Origin: a virus | Taxonomy: Duplodnaviria; Heunggongvirae; Uroviricota; Caudoviricetes | Length of the DNA stretch: 13,572 nt | Strand: one strand, 5' to 3' | Virus record (IMG/VR): IMGVR_UViG_2703719354_000003 | Shown: positions 7,985 through 13,572 of the stretch, in pieces | How positions within the stretch are numbered: the stretch's first letter is position 1 | Layout of the letters: each line of letters opens with the position of its first letter | Made by a program: the position numbers and the translations under genes | Notes under the pieces: generated by a model | Databases searched by the model: none | What the model was told of the DNA's origin: nothing | The model's input: the letters and a program-made list of their open reading frames with translations, nothing else

Positions 7985-8170
7985 GCGGATCCACCGGCAG
8001 GCATTGCAGGTCCTGTTGTTGTACCGATGCCGACGGATATTTCCGCATCGGATACAGCGCACCGGATATCTCAGTCTGAAGGTTAACCGTCGCTGGCGGC
8101 TGTTATCGAAAGACGACGGCCGGAACTGGGAAGTAATGAGTCATGAACGTTATTCGGGAGAAATAAAGAA

Positions 8171-8563
8171 ATGATCGACAACCGCACCGCCAGCACCATT
8201 GACCAGGCATTACAGAAACATGATACACCCGTCGGCCCGTTATTTTTTGTAACACGCCACGGAAGAACAAAAAAATGCCTCACCCGAAAAACGGCAATTC
8301 GTTACCTGGCATTCTTTATGACCACCCGCGCTTTTGAACGTTCAGGATTCCGACAACGCTATCCTGACAAGCGTTTTATCTTCAACAGGAATGAGATATG
8401 GAAACGTGGAGAATCAACCACAGAGTATACCCGCGCACACCAGCGAACAATCAGACGACTGCGCAGACTCATCGCCAGGAAACAGTATACAGAAAAATGG
8501 TTCAGAAAATATGACACATGGAGCGCCGGATATTACGAACTGATGGCAACAAAACCATTCTGA
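8171..8563 (+). CDS. Hypothetical basic protein (130 aa)
   Basis: Arg/Lys-rich ORF in the operon orientation; GGGAG about 10 nt upstream of the ATG; function unknown. Confidence 0.45.
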   Translation: MIDNRTASTIDQALQKHDTPVGPLFFVTRHGRTKKCLTRKTAIRYLAFFMTTRAFERSGFRQRYPDKRFIFNRNEIWKRGESTTEYTRAHQRTIRRLRRLIARKQYTEKWFRKYDTWSAGYYELMATKPF

Positions 8564-8623
8564 CGTAAACGAAATTAACCATGACGCAATTAAATAAGGC
8601 AAGCCGAATACATCAGGAGGACC

Positions 8624-8812
8624 ATGAACATTTATTTCAGAATAGTTATATCACTGGCAATTATCACATGTATTTACGGATTAATCGTTCCGGCCCTCAT
8701 ATCAATGAAGGATACGGTAGCAGTGATTTCTGGCTTTGCTCTGGCGTGTCTGACCCCGCCCTGCATTTATGCCATTTATAAGGGTCTTTCTTTTTCTAAG
8801 GATAAAAGATGA
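8624..8812 (+). CDS. Small membrane protein (62 aa, two predicted hydrophobic helices)
   Basis: Two hydrophobic stretches (IVISLAIITCIYGLIVPALI and VAVISGFALACLTPPCIYAIY); GGAGG just upstream of the ATG (short 3-nt spacer); stop overlaps the start of the SPFH gene (ATGA at 8809-8812). Confidence 0.55.
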   Translation: MNIYFRIVISLAIITCIYGLIVPALISMKDTVAVISGFALACLTPPCIYAIYKGLSFSKDKR

Positions 8813-9636
8813 AAAAATTACTTTTTGCTTTAGCCCTTGTTCTGCCGACCATTGGCCTTGTCGGTTGCGATCGCGTTGAGCCTGGTAATGTGGGCATCAA
8901 AGTAAACAAACTGGGCGACGATAAAGGCGTCGGTGAAGTGGTCGGTGTTGGGCGCTACTGGACGGGATGGAACACTGAGGTTTACATCTTCCCGACCTTT
9001 AAGCAGATGAAGACCTACGATGATCCATTCAGTTTCCAGATGAGTGACGGTACAACCATCGGCTATCACATCGGCGTGGCCTACAAAGTTGATCCATCCA
9101 AAGTTACCACAGTCTTTCAGACCTACCGCAAAGGCGTGGACGACATTACCGACACCGACCTGCGCCAGAAGATAGCCGACGCACTCAACCGACTGGCCAG
9201 CAAAATGACCACCGACAAATTTATCGACGGCGGCAAGTCTGAGCTGCTGGATGCAGCTCTTAAAGACATTCAGGAAGAAATGACGCCCATCGGTATTCAG
9301 GTAATGAGCCTCTCATATGTGGGTAAGCCGGAGTACCCACCTACTGTTATCGACAGCATTAATGCCAAAGTCACGGCGAACCAGAAAACCCTGCAACGCG
9401 AGCAGGAAGTAAAACAGCGCGAAGCGGAAGCCAACATGTTGCGCGCGGAAGCTGCCGGACAGGCAGATGCGATTCGCACAAAAGCCCAGGCCGAAGCCGA
9501 TGCTATTCGTTTACGCGGTGAAGCTCTGCGCCAGAACCCCGGTGTTATGGAGCTGGAAGCCATCAACAAGTGGAACGGTACACTGCCGCAATACATGACC
9601 AGCGGTGCCAACACACCATTTATTCAGGTTAAGTAA
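8809..9636 (+). CDS. SPFH/band-7 (stomatin/prohibitin/HflK-C-like) domain lipoprotein
   Basis: Signal peptide with lipobox LVGC (Cys 20); SPFH-like core followed by an Ala/Glu/Arg/Gln-rich coiled-coil (QREQEVKQREAEANMLRAEAAGQADAIRTKAQAEADAIRLRGEALRQNP) typical of HflK/C and stomatin-like proteins. Confidence 0.75.
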   Translation: MKKLLFALALVLPTIGLVGCDRVEPGNVGIKVNKLGDDKGVGEVVGVGRYWTGWNTEVYIFPTFKQMKTYDDPFSFQMSDGTTIGYHIGVAYKVDPSKVTTVFQTYRKGVDDITDTDLRQKIADALNRLASKMTTDKFIDGGKSELLDAALKDIQEEMTPIGIQVMSLSYVGKPEYPPTVIDSINAKVTANQKTLQREQEVKQREAEANMLRAEAAGQADAIRTKAQAEADAIRLRGEALRQNPGVMELEAINKWNGTLPQYMTSGANTPFIQVK

Positions 9637-9679
9637 TACATATGCCCGGTATTACACGCCGGGCTGTCTGGAGATAAAA

Positions 9680-10429
9680 ATGAATATTGTAACCATCAAC
9701 AACAAACAGTTTCCGGTAATCGAATATCGCGGTCAGCGTGTTGTGACATTTGCAATAATTGATGACGTCCACCAGCGCCCGGAAGGTACCGCCCGTGCTG
9801 CGTTTAACCGCAACCGTTCTCACTTTATCGAAGGGGTGGATTTTCTTGAAATGACTGCGGACGTAATACGTACGGAGTCACTTTCTGATGCCTTTGCCGC
9901 GCGAACTGCCAAAGGGATCATTCTTTTCGAGTCTGGTTACCTGATGTTGACGAAGCCTTTTAACGATGCTCTTGCATGGCAGGTTCAGCGCGAACTGGTT
10001 AACAGCTATTTCCGAACTCACGCGCCGCTGACGGAAATGGAGATGATCGCTGCAATGGCCGCCGATGCCGTTCGCCAGCAGAAGCGCCTGAGTCATGTTG
10101 AAGAGAAGATCGAAACGGTCACCAAAGCTGTGGAGAACATCAAACGCGGCACAATGCGCACCGGATATGTCGGTTACCGCCAGGTGGTAGCCAAAAGCGG
10201 AATGAGTGACGCCAAGTGTCGGAATCTGGTCAACGCCTACCACATCCCTACCGACACGCACGAATTTATGACTCCGGACGGTCTGTTGTCTCGCAGGGCT
10301 GTCGTCGAGCTTGAGACATTTATGGCGGCGTTCCACCAAATGATGTCAGAGGCTGAACCACGCGGCACACGCTGGTATCACCCGAAGATGGGGCTTTTTC
10401 AGGTAATCGGATGGGAGGATAAAGCATGA
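9680..10429 (+). CDS. KilA-N/ORF6N-domain protein (phage antirepressor-like)
   Basis: N-terminal MNIVTINNKQFPVIEYRGQRVVTFAIIDDV...GYLMLTKPFNDALAWQVQRELVNSYF resembles KilA-N/ORF6N domains of phage antirepressor or Rha-like proteins; GGAG 6 nt upstream of ATG 9680 (the ORF-track start 9605 is an in-frame upstream GTG). Confidence 0.6.
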   Translation: MNIVTINNKQFPVIEYRGQRVVTFAIIDDVHQRPEGTARAAFNRNRSHFIEGVDFLEMTADVIRTESLSDAFAARTAKGIILFESGYLMLTKPFNDALAWQVQRELVNSYFRTHAPLTEMEMIAAMAADAVRQQKRLSHVEEKIETVTKAVENIKRGTMRTGYVGYRQVVAKSGMSDAKCRNLVNAYHIPTDTHEFMTPDGLLSRRAVVELETFMAAFHQMMSEAEPRGTRWYHPKMGLFQVIGWEDKA

Positions 10430-10994
10430 TCATCCAGTCAAAACTTATTCGCGCCGCTCTGGTGTGCGCTGCTAAAAACGACGTTCGTTATTACCTGAAC
10501 GGTCTTCACATCACGCCAAAACATATTGAGGCAACCAATGGTTTCGTAGCACTGCGCATGACTCACGGCATCCGGACGAAGAAAAACATCATTGTCCAGT
10601 TCGAAGGTGGCGTCCCGGCCAAAGCCGAAACGACAGAGCTGATTTTTAGTAAAGAGCCGATCCTGTTCATCGCGACCAGTTTCAGCGCCGGCTGTCCATT
10701 ACCGGCATTAAATTGGTGGACGGTTGTTTTCCGGATTTGGAACGCATCATTCCGAAAAAATTTGACCTCTGTACACACCCGGTGATCCAGGCGGGTTACC
10801 TGAGTTATCCAGAGAAGATGTTTGGTCGTGAGCGTAAATTTATTCCCGTCCAGTTACGTTCCTCCGGTGACGGGCAAGCGGTCAGAATTCAGTTTGATTC
10901 CATCATCAACTCAATGTATGGCAATCCTGAATTTGTTGTGATGCCTTGTCGTGATCATGGCGATTTCAATGTGGCTCAGGAGCATCCGGAATGA
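10426..10994 (+). pseudogene. DnaN (DNA polymerase III beta sliding clamp) domain II-III homologue, interrupted by a frameshift near 10687-10697
   Basis: Frame 1 (10426-10785) encodes ...AKNDVRYYLNGLHI...ATNGFVALRM..., matching the E. coli DnaN domain II start (QDVRYYLNGM...ATDGHRLAV); frame 0 (to 10994) encodes ...RLSITGIKLVDGCFPDLERIIPKK...EFVVMPCRD, matching DnaN FIFTSKLVDGRFPDYRRVLPK and the C-terminal AYVVMPMRL. Homology continues across the frame change, so the two ORFs are one disrupted gene. Confidence 0.6.
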
Positions 10995-11113
10995 AAATCG
11001 AATACCAGGACGCCGCAGGAGGTGAATCAATGAGCTGGCCTGATGCAATCGTAACTCTGGGGGTGGTATTCGCAGTAGCGTTTGTTGTGTTCTCAATTTG
11101 TCGATGGGGATAA
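10991..11113 (+). CDS. Small single-pass membrane peptide (40 aa; alternative start at 11030 gives 27 aa)
   Basis: AGGAGG (11017-11022) 7 nt upstream of ATG 11030; in-frame ATG 10991 overlaps the upstream stop (ATGA); hydrophobic core AIVTLGVVFAVAFVVFSI. Below the ORF-track length cutoff. Confidence 0.4.
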   Translation: MKIEYQDAAGGESMSWPDAIVTLGVVFAVAFVVFSICRWG

Positions 11114-11117
11114 CCAC

Positions 11118-11360
11118 ATGTTCGCTTTGATTCAACGCGGTCAGATATACACGGACAGAGCCGGATACCCCGTGGTGATTACTCGCATCACTGAGCACTC
11201 AGTGTTCTTTCGACGGATGGACGGACGATCCGGGCGGGTACGCATTGGTGAGTTAAACTGCCTGTTCGAACATATTGACCACCAGGAGTACCGCAAAATT
11301 CTCGCGGACACTGAGCAGGAAAAGCACCTGAAAAAATTACGAGCCATAAAAAGGAAGTAA
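11118..11360 (+). CDS. Hypothetical protein (80 aa)
   Basis: ATG 11118 with GGGGA 8 nt upstream, 4 nt after the preceding stop; the ORF-track start 11082 is an upstream TTG. Function unknown. Confidence 0.5.
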   Translation: MFALIQRGQIYTDRAGYPVVITRITEHSVFFRRMDGRSGRVRIGELNCLFEHIDHQEYRKILADTEQEKHLKKLRAIKRK

Positions 11361-11363
11361 AGA

Positions 11364-11510
11364 ATGAATAAAGCATTTGAACAATGGGTCCACCAGCGTT
11401 ACGGCAATCGCTATGACCTGACGCGAGATGTTGACGGCTTCTACTGTCGTGAAGTTGTGAAGCGAATGTTTGACGTGTGGTGCCACTGCCGTGGGCTGAG
11501 TGTTATGTGA
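11364..11510 (+). CDS. Small Cys-containing hypothetical protein (48 aa)
   Basis: AGGAAG (11352-11357) 6 nt upstream of ATG 11364; fills the gap between flanking genes exactly; contains YCRE...WCHC, a possible metal-binding pair. Below the ORF-track cutoff. Confidence 0.4.
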   Translation: MNKAFEQWVHQRYGNRYDLTRDVDGFYCREVVKRMFDVWCHCRGLSVM

Positions 11511-11518
11511 GGTGATGT

Positions 11519-11728
11519 ATGGGGCTGGATTGCGTGCCTATATCAACCTACTGCCGCGACGCGGGAGAAACGGTTGATGCCGTTAACAAACGGATACAAA
11601 GAGGAATATGGAAAGAAGGGGTTCATGTATTAAAAGTCGACGGAGTTAAAGAACGCTGGGTCGACTTAATAGAGGTTTCAAAATGGGCAAGAAAGAACAA
11701 GGATTATTATCTCTGCCAAGAGGAGTAA
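11519..11728 (+). CDS. Excisionase-like small protein (assigned by position upstream of and overlapping int)
   Basis: 69-aa basic protein immediately upstream of and overlapping the integrase gene, the typical xis-int arrangement; sequence resemblance to excisionases is only tentative. Confidence 0.45.
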   Translation: MGLDCVPISTYCRDAGETVDAVNKRIQRGIWKEGVHVLKVDGVKERWVDLIEVSKWARKNKDYYLCQEE

Positions 11729-12861
11729 CTATTCGTAAGCATAAAACTGCTTCAACACTAGTTATCACTTTCACATATAAAGGGGTTCTTTGCAGGGAGC
11801 CCCTGTCTCGGCTTGAGGCAAATACACGTGGTATTAAATATGCTGAGCGCCTGCTAGGGGAGATACAAAATCAGATCGCCAGCGGAACGTTTGAATATGC
11901 GAAATATTTCCCCAGTTCCAAAAAACTGGAGTTATTCGGTGTAGTAAAGAAAACCAAAAATATTAAGTCCTATCTTGATGAATACCTGAAAATTTGCATG
12001 AACCGCAATCTGTCGCCGTCAACCATTGGCGGTTACGAAAAATGTCTATCAGCACTATCAGAACTACATAAACTACATGTAACAGAATTGACGCCTGCGG
12101 TACTAAAAAATTGGATAGCCAGCCGAAAAACTAAGCTGAAAACAATCAGGAATAACCTGTCATTTCTGCGCAGCGCCATTGATGAGGCTGTAACTGATGG
12201 CCTGTTGACTATTAACCCGGTAACTCTTGTCAGCGCCAGCCGGTATCACGTGGTCGACAGTAAACCGAACGCCGACGATTACGAAGTTGATCCGTTTGCG
12301 CCTGCGGAAACCAGTGCCATATATCAGCACTGCAAGTATCAGGAATGGCAGAATCTGTTCCGCTTCGCCTTCAATACAGGGCTACGCAGCTCTGAGCTAT
12401 GCGCATTACGTTGGACCGATATCGACTTTATAGGTAATACAGCGCACATACAGGCGGCCAGTGTCGTAGGGGTACTTAAAGGCACCAAGACAAAAGCCGG
12501 TACCCGTAAGGTGGAGCTGAACAGTGAGGCGCTGGCGGCCCTGCAGGCGCAGAAGCAATACACCTTTATGAAAAGTGAGTTCATATTCAGCGATCCGAAA
12601 ACGGGAGATCCCTGGACGAACGCCGACGCTATCCGTAAAAAAGCATGGGTGCCGACCCTGAAAAAAGCTGGTGTGCGCTACCGTAACCCGTACCAGACGC
12701 GCCACACATTCGCCACCAGACACATTAGCCAGGGTGTAAACCTTTTCTGGCTTGCCGGGCAGATGGGGCATAAGGGGCCGGAAATGCTGTTCCGCAATTA
12801 CGGTAAATACCTGGCTGAATACGACGGGAAAACCGCAATGGAATCTGGAATGAAGAAGTGA
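11683..12861 (+). CDS. int: Tyrosine recombinase / phage integrase (lambda-Int family)
   Basis: C-terminal catalytic signature: R in NTGLRSSELCALRW, H-x-x-R in RHTFATRHI, and the nucleophile Tyr in HKGPEMLFRNYGKY; N-terminal arm-type region; 392 aa. Confidence 0.9.
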   Translation: MGKKEQGLLSLPRGVTIRKHKTASTLVITFTYKGVLCREPLSRLEANTRGIKYAERLLGEIQNQIASGTFEYAKYFPSSKKLELFGVVKKTKNIKSYLDEYLKICMNRNLSPSTIGGYEKCLSALSELHKLHVTELTPAVLKNWIASRKTKLKTIRNNLSFLRSAIDEAVTDGLLTINPVTLVSASRYHVVDSKPNADDYEVDPFAPAETSAIYQHCKYQEWQNLFRFAFNTGLRSSELCALRWTDIDFIGNTAHIQAASVVGVLKGTKTKAGTRKVELNSEALAALQAQKQYTFMKSEFIFSDPKTGDPWTNADAIRKKAWVPTLKKAGVRYRNPYQTRHTFATRHISQGVNLFWLAGQMGHKGPEMLFRNYGKYLAEYDGKTAMESGMKK

Positions 12862-12873
12862 TTTGAAGAAAAA

Positions 12874-12897
12874 ACCCGGCAAATGCCGGGTCTTTTT
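12874..12897 (+). terminator. Intrinsic terminator after int (potentially bidirectional)
   Basis: ACCCGGC-AAAT-GCCGGGT hairpin (12874-12891) followed by CTTTTT; A-run upstream gives a T-run for the convergent minus-strand gene. Confidence 0.7.
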
Positions 12898-12902
12898 GAT
12901 GG

Positions 12903-13572
12903 TTATTCTGTCGCGCCACCTATCGAAACATAATCATGAAATTGATCGTCAATGAGTCGGTCCTTACAGATAACATGTACAATGTGACGACAACAGTTTT
13001 CATCATCATACGCACGACCCCAGCGAACAATCTCATCTACAGACAGATCATTCGCACTCCATGGCAAAGTACCTGAAACGCCACGCGCACCTGGACCAAG
13101 TATGTCCATAAATTTCTTCGTGCGTGAATTGTAGATCCGTACCTCGGCAATTCGAATGATGCTACTAGCCCAAAGAGCACCACCGGCAATACTTTGAATG
13201 TTATCGCAGATGAGAAACTCATGCTTTCGCGCAAGCATTTTATAGATCTCACGCGCCAAACCTGCTGATTGGAAATCCTGTGCGATAACAGCGCTTTTCA
13301 CTTGCTTTCCGGTCATCATCTGACCGTTCTCTTCGATAAAATTAAAGTCGTTGAACTGTATACGACCTATTCTTATCGTTTTGTTATCGTCTACCATATC
13401 AAGACCCAAGAGGGTATTGACCAGATCCTGCATTGGAACCTTCGAATCAAGAAGGTCACTGTGAACCGCCCCGGGTTTCCTGGAGAGTATTTTATCTGTG
13501 AACTCAGGCTGCCAGATCATCGTTTCCGATGGAAGCATAATAAGCTTTTTCTGCTTCTGCCGGAGGAGTATG
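12903..13572 (-). CDS. Hypothetical protein, 5-prime-partial (N-terminus beyond the window end)
   Basis: Reading frame stays open upstream of the first in-window Met through position 13572; appears AT-richer than the prophage replication genes by eye; no motif confidently assigned. Confidence 0.55.
   Translation of the reverse strand, partial: ILLRQKQKKLIMLPSETMIWQPEFTDKILSRKPGAVHSDLLDSKVPMQDLVNTLLGLDMVDDNKTIRIGRIQFNDFNFIEENGQMMTGKQVKSAVIAQDFQSAGLAREIYKMLARKHEFLICDNIQSIAGGALWASSIIRIAEVRIYNSRTKKFMDILGPGARGVSGTLPWSANDLSVDEIVRWGRAYDDENCCRHIVHVICKDRLIDDQFHDYVSIGGATE

Larger units (their letters stand above)
1..12900. mobile_element. Lambdoid-type prophage or prophage remnant (partial; left boundary outside window, right boundary presumably just downstream of int)
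   Basis: Gene order Q / primase / helicase / cro-like on one strand, divergent CI-like repressor, then a leftward operon ending in xis-like and tyrosine integrase genes; many translationally coupled overlaps (ATGA, TAATG). No att repeats could be identified because only one end is visible. Confidence 0.75.

Noticed and set aside
7956-8174. Arginine-rich 72-aa ORF overlapping the end of the 71-aa gene and the start of the 130-aa gene
   Set aside because: Starts inside the upstream ORF in another frame, has no RBS, and its composition looks like an out-of-frame artefact; the region is better explained as a structured intergenic gap with CGGATA repeats. Not excluded, since its stop does overlap the next start (ATGA).
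8581-8781. Alternative-frame 66-aa ORF overlapping the small membrane protein gene
   Set aside because: No RBS, His/Cys-rich odd composition; the overlapping frame encodes a plausible two-helix membrane protein with an SD and is coupled to the SPFH gene.
10653-10700. Programmed ribosomal frameshift joining the two DnaN-like frames
   Set aside because: No slippery heptamer or downstream stimulatory structure between the frame-0 stop (10650-10652) and the homology junction; a simple indel (mutation or sequencing error) is more parsimonious.
1-13572. CRISPR arrays, tRNA or rRNA genes, IS elements with terminal inverted repeats
   Set aside because: No regularly spaced direct repeats, no cloverleaf-like or rRNA-like segments, and no transposase-like ORF were seen; the integrase is a phage-type tyrosine recombinase in a prophage context.

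Overview
The window is almost entirely a lambdoid-type prophage or prophage remnant of enterobacterial character, running from the left edge to an integrase terminator near 12.9 kb. Minus strand carries the rightward early and replication block: a Cro/YdaS-like HTH gene (5190-5477), a 102-aa early gene, a structured 413-bp intergenic region, an SF2 DEAH helicase (2847-4505), a Zn-ribbon/TOPRIM primase (1877-2845), a 285-aa unknown protein and a Q-type antiterminator (628-1020) followed by an intrinsic terminator; no lysis or structural genes follow Q in the 627 bp remaining. A divergent switch region (5478-5596) separates this from the plus-strand CI-like repressor (5597-6289, HTH plus S24 peptidase) with its own terminator. 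Downstream, a strong sigma70-like promoter with operator-like palindromes drives a long leftward operon of tightly coupled, mostly uncharacterised genes: a C-terminal-HTH protein with two small acidic proteins, further small ORFs, a small membrane protein coupled to an SPFH/band-7 lipoprotein, a KilA-N/ORF6N antirepressor-like protein, a frameshifted homologue of DnaN (beta sliding clamp) domains II-III, small peptides, an excisionase-position gene and a tyrosine integrase (11683-12861). A convergent, apparently AT-richer partial gene of unknown function (12903 to beyond 13572) lies past the integrase terminator. No rRNA, tRNA or CRISPR array was recognised. All functional calls rest on motif recognition by eye and remembered family sequences, not on searches; the most unusual items are the truncated clamp homologue, the SPFH pair and the repressor-adjacent accessory operon.
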